A DNA stretch of 63,524 nucleotides, filler included, from Deltaproteobacteria bacterium (GTDB lineage Bacteria; JACQOV01): assembly GCA_016202395.1 (NCBI GenBank). It is 5 parts of 5 records of this genome, joined end to end, with 100 filler letters (N's around TTAATTAATTAA, not from the genome) between each part and the next. Parts side by side here need not be neighbours in the genome. Positions count along the whole stretch, not along the records: positions 1 to 16,673 come from JACQOV010000004.1; positions 16,774 to 30,692 come from JACQOV010000071.1; 3 more parts are not named here. One strand, written 5' to 3'. The position numbers and the translations under genes are program-made. Of the stretch, positions 10,500 through 19,483 are shown in pieces (the stretch's first letter is position 1; the number at the start of each line of letters is the position of its first letter). The notes under the pieces are model-generated. The model did no database searches. It was not told where the DNA came from and worked only from the letters and a program-made list of their open reading frames with translations.

Positions 10500-12226
10500 A
10501 GCCTTGGTCTTCTAAAATGGAGGATATCACGCGGGGGTTGCGTCTCTTTTTTGTTTTCCGCTTGGTTGCGGTAACCACGTTGATGGGCCTCGACGTTTTC
10601 TTCCGAACAGAGGGAGGGGAAAGTTTAGTTTCCCCAGGATTGATCACGACCTATGTTCTGATGATCTTGGTTTACCTCTTTACGATTGGCAGTTCGTTGG
10701 TTTTACCCTGGTTGGTCCAATCCAAGATCTTTATTTACACTCAGTTCATCTGGGAGGTGATTTTTGCGACCGTGATGGTTGCCATTACGGGTGGAGTCCG
10801 GTCCCTTTTTATCCTTTTCTATTTTCTGGCGATCTTGAACGCGGCAGCTCACTCCGGGAAAAGAGGAGGGGCTTTGATCGCGGCTCTCTGCTCGATTAGT
10901 TATGGAGCTTTGCTTTTAGTGCAGCAGTACAACGGGACCTTCCTGTTTTTCGGGGATCTCTTTGCGGATGAGGCTATCTACCCGATCAAACACTACATCC
11001 AGAGTTTTTTGGTGCAACTGCTTGCTTTCTCCCTGGTGGCGTGGTTAGGAGGTTATCTTGCCGAAGAACTCCGTAGCAAACGGGAGGCCCTCGAAAAACA
11101 AGAATCCTCTCTTCAGGAGTTGAGAGCCCTTCACCGTCAGATCGTGGAGAACGTGAGCGCAGGGCTTATGACCATCGATCTTTTGGGGAAGATTGTCGAT
11201 TGGAATCGCGCCGCCTCCGAGATCACCGGTTTAGAGGGGAATCGGGTTCGAGGAAAACCGTATGGGGAGTTTCTCCCCGGGTTTAAGACCTACTTGGAGC
11301 CGATTCGGGAAGGGAAGAAGAAGGTGCCTCGGAATGAGGCGCGGATCGCTGTTCCCAAAGGGGAGCGTCATATCGGCTTCTCCATCTCTCCTCTGTACGT
11401 TGATCAGGAGGTCAAGGGGCATGTGGTGGCCTTTCAGGATTTGACCGAGGTTAAGCAGATGGAACAAGAGATGTATCGCAGAGAACAACTCGCGGCGGTG
11501 GGGGAGCTTGCGGCCTCGATTGCTCACGAGATACGGAATCCTTTGACGGCGATAAGCGGATCCATTCAAGTGCTTCGGCAAGGGCTTAAGGTGAAGGGGG
11601 ATCACGCCAAACTCATGGATATCGTTTTGAGGGAATCAGATCGTCTCAATCAGTTAATCACCGATTTTCTCACCTATTCCCGTTCTTCGGAGAGGAAAGA
11701 GAAGGTGTTTAACTTAGGGCTGGTTGCTAAAGAGACCGTTCAGATCTTTCGCACCGGCATCGATAAAGGATCTGCCCCGATCCAGATTGAGACCGATCTC
11801 AATGAAAAACTTCCCCTGAAGGGGGATGAACAACAGATGCGACAGGTGTTGTGGAATCTTTTGGTCAACGCCAAACAGGCCATGTTAACGGGTGGAACAT
11901 TGAGAGTTCAGCTCAGGCCTTATTTAGGAAGAGATTTAGGAAGAGATTTGGGAGGAGATTTAGGAGGAGATTCTAGAGAGAGTTGGAATTCTGAAGAATG
12001 GATAGAACTCTCTATTCAGGATACGGGAAAAGGGATCCCTAAGGAAGCGCTCCCCAAGATTTTCCATCCCTTCTTTACCACGAAGGAGGGGGGAACGGGA
12101 TTAGGACTCTCGATTGTGTATCGAGTGGTGGAATCTCACGGAGGCACGATCCATGTGACGAGCGAGGTTGGAAAAGGAACTCAAGTGACCATTCGTTTAC
12201 CCCGCAGGGAGGTCTCCCATGACTGA
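10496..12226 (+). CDS. pilS: Sensor histidine kinase PilS
   Basis: Multi-TM N-terminus, PAS-like region, AHEIRNPL H-box, PFFTTK..GTGLGL; between pilC and pilR. Confidence 0.88.
   Translation: MKPWSSKMEDITRGLRLFFVFRLVAVTTLMGLDVFFRTEGGESLVSPGLITTYVLMILVYLFTIGSSLVLPWLVQSKIFIYTQFIWEVIFATVMVAITGGVRSLFILFYFLAILNAAAHSGKRGGALIAALCSISYGALLLVQQYNGTFLFFGDLFADEAIYPIKHYIQSFLVQLLAFSLVAWLGGYLAEELRSKREALEKQESSLQELRALHRQIVENVSAGLMTIDLLGKIVDWNRAASEITGLEGNRVRGKPYGEFLPGFKTYLEPIREGKKKVPRNEARIAVPKGERHIGFSISPLYVDQEVKGHVVAFQDLTEVKQMEQEMYRREQLAAVGELAASIAHEIRNPLTAISGSIQVLRQGLKVKGDHAKLMDIVLRESDRLNQLITDFLTYSRSSERKEKVFNLGLVAKETVQIFRTGIDKGSAPIQIETDLNEKLPLKGDEQQMRQVLWNLLVNAKQAMLTGGTLRVQLRPYLGRDLGRDLGGDLGGDSRESWNSEEWIELSIQDTGKGIPKEALPKIFHPFFTTKEGGTGLGLSIVYRVVESHGGTIHVTSEVGKGTQVTIRLPRREVSHD
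11924..11971 (+). repeat. In-frame 12-bp tandem repeat x4 inside pilS
   Basis: TTAGGAAGAGAT TTAGGAAGAGAT TTGGGAGGAGAT TTAGGAGGAGAT = LGRD LGRD LGGD LGGD. Confidence 0.85.
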
Positions 12227-13616
12227 TATTCGAGGGAATATCCTGGTTGTCGATGATGAGATTAGCATGCGAGAATTTCTCTCGGTGATGCTTCAGGGCG
12301 AAGGACATCACCTCGATTTAGCGGCCAATGGAGGAGAAGCCCTCTCTTTCTTAGAAAAGAATTCATACGATTTAGTCCTCTTGGATCTGGTGATGCCCGA
12401 TATTGGAGGACAGGAAGTTTTGGAAAGGGCCAAGCAGATCGATCCTGATCTTTTAGTGGTCGTCGTTACCGCCCATGGTTCTATCGGTTCTGCCATTGAA
12501 GCGATGAAAGCCGGGGCCTATGATTACATGCAGAAGCCGTTCCAAATCGAAGAGATTCGGATGATTCTTGGGCGAGCTCTCGACAAGCGATATCTCGCTC
12601 GAGAGAACATCCAACTCAAACGAGAGCTTCAGCAACGCTATCAATTTAATGGCTTGATCGGCTCCAGCCCCAGCATGTTAGAACTCTATGCTTGGATCAA
12701 TCGAGTTAAAGACGCCAAAACCAACGTTTTGGTTCTGGGGGAAAGTGGCACAGGGAAAGAGCTTGTGGCTCGAGCGATTCATTACAATGGAAATCGAAAA
12801 GATCGCCCTTTCGTCGCGATTAACTGCGCGGCGATTCCGGAGACCCTTTTGGAGAGCGAGCTGTTTGGCCATAAGCGGGGGGCCTTCACGGGGGCCATTG
12901 CCGATCGAATGGGGCTATTAGAATCGGGTCAGAGAGGGACCGTTTTTCTAGATGAGATTGGAGAACTTCCTTTCTCCCTCCAAGTAAAACTGCTTCGTGT
13001 CCTTCAAGAACGGACGGTTCGACGAGTGGGGGGGACCGAGGATATTGAGATCGATGTTCGGGTCATCGCGGCTTCGAATCGGAATTTAGAGAAAGAGGTT
13101 CAAGAGGGAAGATTCAGGGACGACCTCTATTATCGTCTCAATGTCATCCAAGTGCAGATCCCTCCCCTTCGAGAGAGGCGCGAGGATATCCCGATGCTCG
13201 CTCAATATTTCTTGGAGAAGTATGCCAAGGAGTCGTCCAAACCGATCCAGAAGTTTTCTAAAGAAGCGATGGCCTTGCTCCTGAGTTATGGATATCCCGG
13301 AAACGTTCGGGAACTTGAAAACGTCGTTGAGAGGGCGGTGGCGCTGGAATCGGCGAGCACGATCCTTCCTGAGAGTCTTCGCGGACTTCATCGAACCGGT
13401 TTGGGCGCGGTCTCTCCAATGTCCGGTGACATGCCACTCCCTTTGGAAGGCCTGGATTTAGAAACGGCTGTTGGAGAATTTGAGAAGGGATTGCTCGTTC
13501 AGGCCTTGAAACAGACGGAGGGATTCAAGAAGAAGGCCGCAGAGTTGTTGCAGCTGAGCTTTCGTTCGCTACGCTATCGCCTCGTCAAATACGGTTTAGA
13601 TAGTGGCAAGGACTAG
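12219..13616 (+). CDS. pilR: Sigma54-dependent response regulator PilR
   Basis: REC domain, GESGTGKE, GAFTGA, C-terminal HTH with SFRSLRYRL. Confidence 0.9.
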   Translation: MTDIRGNILVVDDEISMREFLSVMLQGEGHHLDLAANGGEALSFLEKNSYDLVLLDLVMPDIGGQEVLERAKQIDPDLLVVVVTAHGSIGSAIEAMKAGAYDYMQKPFQIEEIRMILGRALDKRYLARENIQLKRELQQRYQFNGLIGSSPSMLELYAWINRVKDAKTNVLVLGESGTGKELVARAIHYNGNRKDRPFVAINCAAIPETLLESELFGHKRGAFTGAIADRMGLLESGQRGTVFLDEIGELPFSLQVKLLRVLQERTVRRVGGTEDIEIDVRVIAASNRNLEKEVQEGRFRDDLYYRLNVIQVQIPPLRERREDIPMLAQYFLEKYAKESSKPIQKFSKEAMALLLSYGYPGNVRELENVVERAVALESASTILPESLRGLHRTGLGAVSPMSGDMPLPLEGLDLETAVGEFEKGLLVQALKQTEGFKKKAAELLQLSFRSLRYRLVKYGLDSGKD

Positions 13617-13631
13617 CAGGCTCCGGTTTGC

Positions 13632-13740
13632 CGTCATTTCCCCGATCGCCGTCGGGGACAGGCCCGTGCAAACGGGAATCCCGTCATTCCCATGAAGATG
13701 GGAATCCAGTACTGGATCCCCGCTTCCGCGAGGATGATGG
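13632..13740. repeat. REP-like palindrome cluster (GTCATTCCC..GGGAATCC type)
   Basis: Two CGTCATT[T/C]CC..GGGAATCC units then inverted GGATCCCCGCTTCCGCGAGGATGA. Confidence 0.65.
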
Positions 13741-13922
13741 AGAAAGACGGTGGGGATAACTATCGACTGCGGGCTTTGACGTGACCCTCCTCGGATGTTG
13801 AAATTGTTGATTATCATTCCTAAATTTTTGGAGGTGGAGTATGCGTCATATTCACTTAACTCCCACACGCTGATGCGCGATGTTGACTTCGGGGGGGGGA
13901 ACGATTATTTTGGCTCTTCTGC

Positions 13923-15593
13923 ATGAAAGATTTTCTTTTGAAATCGTTGAAGGAAGCGTTTGAAGAGGCTTGTCAGCAGGGAGATCTTCCAACTCCTCAG
14001 TGGCCTTCCTCCGTGCAATTGGATTCTCCGAAACAGAGGAACCACGGAGATTTTGCCACCAATCTTGCCATCGTTTACGCCAACCAAATCACCCGTGGAG
14101 AGCTTAAATCCCGCTCCGTTGCCGAAAAAATAATCCCTCATCTCTCAACCTTATTGGGGAAAGAGTTTCGTATGGAGATTGCTGGAGCTGGATTCATTAA
14201 TTTTTTTATGGATCACTCTGTCTGGGCAAAGGAGGTTCTCCAAATCTGTCGAGAGGGGAAAGACTATGGCTTGCTCGATCGAGGACAAGGTCAGAAGATT
14301 CAAGTCGAATTTGTGAGCGCGAATCCGACCGGTCCTTTGCATGTGGGGCACGCCCGAAACGCGGTTGTTGGGGATGCCTTGGCGCGAGCGCTTAAAAAGT
14401 CCGGTTATCAGGTAACGCGCACCTTCTACATTAATGATGTTGGGGTTCAGATGCGAGCTTTGGGTCTCTCTCTTTTTCGAGAGCAGCAAGCTCTGGTGGG
14501 GCAGGTCCCTTCCGTTGTAGAGTGGGAATACAAGGGGGAGTACGTCAAAGAGTTAGCCAAAGCGCTTCAGGAAGAGACGAGGAATCCAATCTTTGGGTCA
14601 GCGGAAGAATTGGAAGAGTTGGGGAGAATGGGGGCGGAGCGGATTTTGAAAGAATCGATCCAACCCGACTTGGAAGAGTTTCGCGTTCATTTTGAGGAGT
14701 GGCATAGCGAGAAAAGGCTCTATGAGGAGAAAAAGATCCAGGAAGCGATCGATCGGTTGATTCAGAGCGGCCACACTTACACCCAAGAAGGGGCTCTTTG
14801 GTTTCGCTCCACCGATTTTAAGGATGACAAAGATCGAGTTTTGGTTCGGGCCAATGGGGTTCCGACCTACTTTGCCTCCGATGTGGCCTATCATCTTCAG
14901 AAGTTTGAAGAAGGCTATGACCTCTACATTAATATTTGGGGGGCCGATCACCATGGCTATCCGGCCCGAATTCGTGGAGCGTTGCAAGCATTAGGCCAGG
15001 AGGCCGATCGACTTAAAGTTGTTTTTATCCAACTAGTTCGACTCGTTCGCGGTGAACAAGTGGTTCCGATGTCGAAACGACAGGGGGACTATGTCACTTT
15101 GAGAGATTTAATCGACGAGGTGGGAGTGGATGCGGTCCGGTTTTTTCTTTTGCTTCATCATTCCGATTCGGCTCTCGATTTCGATATCGAGCTTGCAAAG
15201 AAAAAAACGGCGGACAACCCTGTTTTCTATGTTCAATATGCTCATGCTCGAATCTGCTCTGTTTTTCGGAAGGCCCAGGAGGAGGGGATTGTTTGGAATC
15301 CTCAAGAAGCCTTGATGGAACGACTTTCGTTGGAAGAAGAGAACCAGTTAGTTCGGAAGCTAGCGCAATTTCCTGAAAGGATAGAGTTGATTGCCAAAAC
15401 ATTAGAGCCGCATGTGCTGACTTACTATCTTCAGGAATTGGCGGTGGCCTTTCATCGTTACTACACTGAGCATCGGATCGTCACGGAGGATGTTACATTG
15501 AGTCAGGCTCGACTCTCTTTGCTTCGAGCCATCCAAGTGGTGCTACAGAATGGTTTAGAGGTGATTGGAGTTGTAGCGCCAGAAAGGATGTGA
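13923..15593 (+). CDS. argS: Arginine--tRNA ligase
   Basis: VEFVSANPTGPLHVGHAR (HIGH), WGADHHGY, MSKR, YVQYAHAR. Confidence 0.97.
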   Translation: MKDFLLKSLKEAFEEACQQGDLPTPQWPSSVQLDSPKQRNHGDFATNLAIVYANQITRGELKSRSVAEKIIPHLSTLLGKEFRMEIAGAGFINFFMDHSVWAKEVLQICREGKDYGLLDRGQGQKIQVEFVSANPTGPLHVGHARNAVVGDALARALKKSGYQVTRTFYINDVGVQMRALGLSLFREQQALVGQVPSVVEWEYKGEYVKELAKALQEETRNPIFGSAEELEELGRMGAERILKESIQPDLEEFRVHFEEWHSEKRLYEEKKIQEAIDRLIQSGHTYTQEGALWFRSTDFKDDKDRVLVRANGVPTYFASDVAYHLQKFEEGYDLYINIWGADHHGYPARIRGALQALGQEADRLKVVFIQLVRLVRGEQVVPMSKRQGDYVTLRDLIDEVGVDAVRFFLLLHHSDSALDFDIELAKKKTADNPVFYVQYAHARICSVFRKAQEEGIVWNPQEALMERLSLEEENQLVRKLAQFPERIELIAKTLEPHVLTYYLQELAVAFHRYYTEHRIVTEDVTLSQARLSLLRAIQVVLQNGLEVIGVVAPERM

Positions 15594-16150
15594 AGATGAA
15601 CCTTTTGAACGACGAGAAAACACCTAAAGCATTGGGAAAGCGAGAGATCGTTTGGATCGGGATCGGCAATCTCTTCTTGATGATCTTAAGCTTCTCAATC
15701 GGTTTTTGGATGGGGGAGGAGGAGCCGGCGGGTGTCGATAGCGATTCCTCAGAGACCTCGAAAGTTCCAAGTTTTGCCCCCCCGGTCCCTTCCGTAGAGG
15801 AAGATTCCGCCGTCACTTCTTATTCTTTTTATAAAACCTTGGAACAGAAGAGGGAGTCTGTCTCGCCCCTTGAGACGGGAAAGCCCGCCATGGATTCCAT
15901 GGCTCAAGATCTCCTTTTCACGGTTCAAGTGGGGGCCTATCAAGATCAGAGAGCCGCGGAGAATCTCAAGAGCTCCCTTAAATCGAAGGGGTACTCGGTT
16001 TATACGGAGGAGGGCTCTTTTTCGGGAGGAAGCAAGATTTATCGGGTTCGTGTTGGGAAATATAAGGAGAGGGAGAAGGCTCAAATGTTGGCGATTCAGT
16101 TAGAAAAAGAGGAGCGGCTCGCAACCTTTGTAACTCTCGTAAATCCTTGA
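15590..16150 (+). CDS. SPOR-domain membrane protein (FtsN/DedD-like)
   Basis: Single TM, YSFYKTL motif, FTVQVGAY..YRVRVG SPOR domain; usual position after argS. Confidence 0.85.
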   Translation: MKMNLLNDEKTPKALGKREIVWIGIGNLFLMILSFSIGFWMGEEEPAGVDSDSSETSKVPSFAPPVPSVEEDSAVTSYSFYKTLEQKRESVSPLETGKPAMDSMAQDLLFTVQVGAYQDQRAAENLKSSLKSKGYSVYTEEGSFSGGSKIYRVRVGKYKEREKAQMLAIQLEKEERLATFVTLVNP

Positions 16151-16176
16151 TATTATCAAAAATGTCCTTTTCGCTG

Positions 16177-16510
16177 GAAAAAGTTCACTAAAATGTTTTT
16201 TCTCGCTTCACTCGCAAGATTTTTGACCCCTCTCAGGGAGGTAGGTCTTTGAACTCGCTCAGCATTTCTCGCCTAGCCACTGTAGGCTTCGCAAAGCAGC
16301 TACGTTCCCCGATTTCACTCTGGAGGAACACCCACGAGAAGGATAGGCTTTACGGATCGACACCGATTGTGGGCCATCCGCTTCGCTGCTTTGCGGAGCC
16401 AACAGTGGCACGGCTCGAAATGAACCGCTCGTTCAGAGACCTACCTCCCCTAACGAGTACCCCAAAAATCTTGCGAAGTTTGCTCAGAAAATATTCCAGA
16501 AAACTTTTTC
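16177..16510. repeat. Nested palindromic element, family A copy 2 (different interior)
   Basis: GAAAAAGTT..AACTTTTTC; CGCAAGATTTTTG..CAAAAATCTTGCG; GGGAGGTAGGTCT..AGACCTACCTCCC; GCCACTGT..ACAGTGGC. Confidence 0.8.
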
Positions 16511-16535
16511 TATCTCCAGTAACAGCTTTTCTTGC

Positions 16536-16670
16536 TTGGCCCCGCGGGTGGCATGGGGTGGGGGACCCCCAGGCGCGCCCGCCAGCAACGCTTGCAGCGT
16601 AGCTGCTGCGGGCTGGCGGACTGTGGAGCACGCCTGGGGGAAACCCCATGACAGGACCCGCGGGGCCAAG
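16536..16670. repeat. GC-rich palindromic element at contig end
   Basis: CTTGGCCCCGCGGGT..ACCCGCGGGGCCAAG; partial reverse-complement copy at 20499-20525. Confidence 0.75.
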
Positions 16671-16673
16671 TGG

Positions 16674-16773
16674 NNNNNNNNNNNNNNNNNNNNNNNNNNN
16701 NNNNNNNNNNNNNNNNNTTAATTAATTAANNNNNNNNNNNNNNNNNNNNNNNNNNNNNNNNNNNNNNNNNNNN
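16674..16773. other. Artificial contig spacer
   Basis: 44 N + TTAATTAATTAA (stops in all six frames) + 44 N. Confidence 0.98.
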
Positions 16774-17822
16774 AAATAATAAAGATAAAGAGCGTTCAGC
16801 ATTTGACCATAGATGTCGTTTTGTTGAGTTTGGGAAGCCCTATTGCCGATGCGTACCGGTCTGGAATTGCGATACCCTTTCAAGTGAGGAAGTTCCTTTT
16901 CTTTCAGGTCCGTTCTTCCATCAATTCCATACGCAATTTGAGTTTGTGATTGCCTACTTTCAAAAATTCTTAGCAGAAAATGGATGAAGGCCTTGGCTTC
17001 CTCAAAATGTCCAATGCTTTTTAAAGCTTCGAGCATCATGGAGGCATCTCGGAGCCAGCAATATCGATAATCCCAATTGCGCCCCTCATCCAAAGATTCG
17101 GGAAGTGAGGTGGTTGGAGCAGCAATGATGGCCCCGGTGTCTTGAAACGTCATCAATTTAAGGGTCAGAGCGGATCGCAAGACCGCTTCTGGAGCTACCG
17201 ATGGAAGACGGCAATGAACAGCCCAGCCTTCCCAATACTCTTTGGTTTTATCCAACATCTCATGAGTGTAGCCTAGGTTGGGTGGAACAATTTTTTCATG
17301 ATAAGTGAGCAACAAGTATTTATCCCCATCAATCAGGACAGGTTTTTCTTCTAAGATGTCCACCAGCGGAAGATTGGAGTAGAGATAAACATCTTCGACT
17401 TCATCGTGGGCCAAAAGAAAGGGAGGACTGAGATGGATTTCTGTTTGTCCGGCCGCATAGTTTAAGTTGGGGTGGAAAGATACTTTAGCGGAAGGGTGTC
17501 CTTTTCGAGGTCGAATCAACCGATGGATTTCCGTAGGACACCGATAAATAGAACCCTCGCGATACCGGGGCATGAAATCAATGACACTAAAGGTGTTATT
17601 TCCATCGTCAAAGGTGGTTTCCAAAATGTTGGTCTGAGGAAGATAGGTTTGATGAGTCGTTCCACCCGCCACAGAACTCACACGGAAATGCCCGCCTTGA
17701 GGGTCCAAGATCGCGGCAAAGGCAGACGGACTATCAAAATTGGGAAGACAACACCAATCAATGCTCCCACTTTCATGGACTAGCGCGGCGGTTTTGCAGT
17801 TTCCTATGATGCCGTATCTCAT
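16774..17822 (-). CDS. Glycoside hydrolase family 15 protein (glucoamylase/trehalase-like), 3'-truncated by contig end
   Basis: YGIIGNCKTAAL, IDWCCLPNFDSPS, AAPTTSLPE, NWDYRYCWLRDA; start moved to MRYG past the repeat. Confidence 0.88.
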
Positions 17823-17834
17823 ATAAAACCTGGG

Positions 17835-17891
17835 CCCCTCACCCAGGCCCTCTCCCCCGCCGGGGCGGGGGAGAGGGTTAAGGGTGAGGGG
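17835..17891. repeat. REP-like hairpin, CCCTCACC..CCTCTCCC..GGGAGAGG..GGTGAGGG family
   Basis: Near-perfect palindrome; relatives at 24432, 54565 and 61628. Confidence 0.8.
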
Positions 17892-17905
17892 ATAATCTCG
17901 ATATT

Positions 17906-18613
17906 TCAAGAACGACTATCGACGATGTCAATGACGCTTTCGATTAGACGCATGAACCGTTCCATCCATGGCTCGGGATCTTCTTTGAGAGATTTTTTAT
18001 CTCCAAGTTTCAACCTCTCAATGTAGTTAAATACTTCGGAATCCAAAGAGAACCGCTGGGATAAGGATTGAGGAGTGGCTTTTTTTGAAGGCAAAGGAGA
18101 GACTCCTTGGAGTCTTAGAGCATTTCGAAACAAGATCAAAAATGTGTTACTCACTTTTATCAAAAGCTTTTGTACTTGAGCAGGTGTGTCTGCGGTAAGA
18201 AGGAAATTCTCTCGCAATTTAATCGAGTTGCTTTTGAGCTCTCTCTCGAGTTCCAGACGCAAATTATTTGTATGAATCTCCAAATTTTTTAAGGGATCTT
18301 CTCCGTAGAGCACGCGATGGTACTCTTTCATCTCAAGAAGTTCAATAGGAAAAACATCTTGGGAGCGTTCCAATCGATCCCATGTAAAAAGTAGGGGAGG
18401 AGGATTTCCTGCTTTTGTCCAAGATCGAATGATCTTTGCCGTTTTTTTGAATGAGGAAAGATCAAAACTGGCGAGGATGACCAAGATGTTGTAATCCGAA
18501 TATTTTTGTTCGTATTCTCCTGAAGCCGCGGAACCGTAAAGAACCACCGATTTCAGATTGGAACCGTAGACTTCTGCTAGTTCTTGAGTAAACTTTTCAG
18601 GTAAAGATTTCAT
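17906..18613 (-). CDS. Nucleotidyltransferase-fold protein of the TPM-associated type
   Basis: VVLYGSAASGEY..SDYNIL; DVFPIELLEM..LYGEDP. Confidence 0.7.
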   Translation of the reverse strand: MKSLPEKFTQELAEVYGSNLKSVVLYGSAASGEYEQKYSDYNILVILASFDLSSFKKTAKIIRSWTKAGNPPPLLFTWDRLERSQDVFPIELLEMKEYHRVLYGEDPLKNLEIHTNNLRLELERELKSNSIKLRENFLLTADTPAQVQKLLIKVSNTFLILFRNALRLQGVSPLPSKKATPQSLSQRFSLDSEVFNYIERLKLGDKKSLKEDPEPWMERFMRLIESVIDIVDSRS

Positions 18614-18658
18614 TCCTCTATTTTATACCACTCTCATTTCGATTGCCAAATCTCGAAA

Positions 18659-19483
18659 TCACCATCTTCCGGTGGCGCCGCCACCGCCGGAGAGGCCGCC
18701 ACCAAATCCTCCAAAACCCCCTCCACCACCAAACCCGCCCCCTCCCCACGTCCATCCCCCGTACATTCCTCTTCGGCGAGAAAAAGAGCGTGGGCGAAGA
18801 AAAATATTAAAGATAACAAAACCCAATAAAGCGATTAAAATAAGAATAATCTGTAGAGGGGGAGGATAAAATGGATCGGAGGATTCTATGGGTTGAGGCG
18901 GATTTAGCGAAACTCCTACATCTTGAGCAATTGTTTGGCCCATCACAGAAACCGCTCGAGAAATTCCTCCAGCATAGTCCCCTTGGCGGAAGAAAGGGAC
19001 CATTTGATTGCGGATGATCTCTCCGACAACACCATCTGGAATAATTTTTTCTAGACCATAGCCTACTTCAATCCGGACCTCCCGTTCTTCGAGAGCCAGC
19101 AGGATCAAAGCCCCATTGTCTTTCCCTTTTTGCCCAATTCCCCAATGTTCAAAGAGAGCGACGGCGAATCGCTCGATGCTATCCCCTTCGAGATTTTTGA
19201 GAGTGGCTACCGCAATCTCGGTGCCGGTTTGATTTTTGAGCTCTTGGAGGTAGGTGTTGAGTTGCGCCTCTGAAGAAGGATCGATCACCTCCGCGAAATC
19301 GCTCACCCACGCTTGGGGTTGAGGGAGTTGGGTGGGCTCGAGAGCTTGTACTGTTGTTACATAAACCAGTTTCAGAAGGATTGTCATTGCGAGGAGCCGA
19401 AGGCGACGAAGCAATCTCCAGGGGATTGCTTCGCTTCGCTCGCAATGACAGAAGGACTCGCAATGACAAAGAAGAATGTTCAT
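18659..19483 (-). CDS. TPM (DUF477/YgcG-like) domain protein with a palindromic repeat inside its signal peptide
   Basis: VSDFAEVI, WGIGQKGKDNG, RIEVGYGLE, Gly-rich tail ending GGGATGRW; ATG 19483 overlaps upstream TAA (TAATG). Confidence 0.85.
   Translation of the reverse strand: MNILLCHCESFCHCERSEAIPWRLLRRLRLLAMTILLKLVYVTTVQALEPTQLPQPQAWVSDFAEVIDPSSEAQLNTYLQELKNQTGTEIAVATLKNLEGDSIERFAVALFEHWGIGQKGKDNGALILLALEEREVRIEVGYGLEKIIPDGVVGEIIRNQMVPFFRQGDYAGGISRAVSVMGQTIAQDVGVSLNPPQPIESSDPFYPPPLQIILILIALLGFVIFNIFLRPRSFSRRRGMYGGWTWGGGGFGGGGGFGGFGGGLSGGGGATGRW
19382..19468. repeat. TGTCATTGCGAG..CTCGCAATGACA palindromic element inside a CDS, with duplicated end
   Basis: 12-bp terminal IR 19382-19450, inner GAAGCAATC..GATTGCTTC, extra CTCGCAATGACA at 19457-19468; intergenic copy at 43594-43680. 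Confidence 0.88.

Noticed and set aside
16249-16721. ORFs of 60-117 aa on both strands
   Set aside because: They lie wholly within GC-rich palindromic repeats; no protein motifs.
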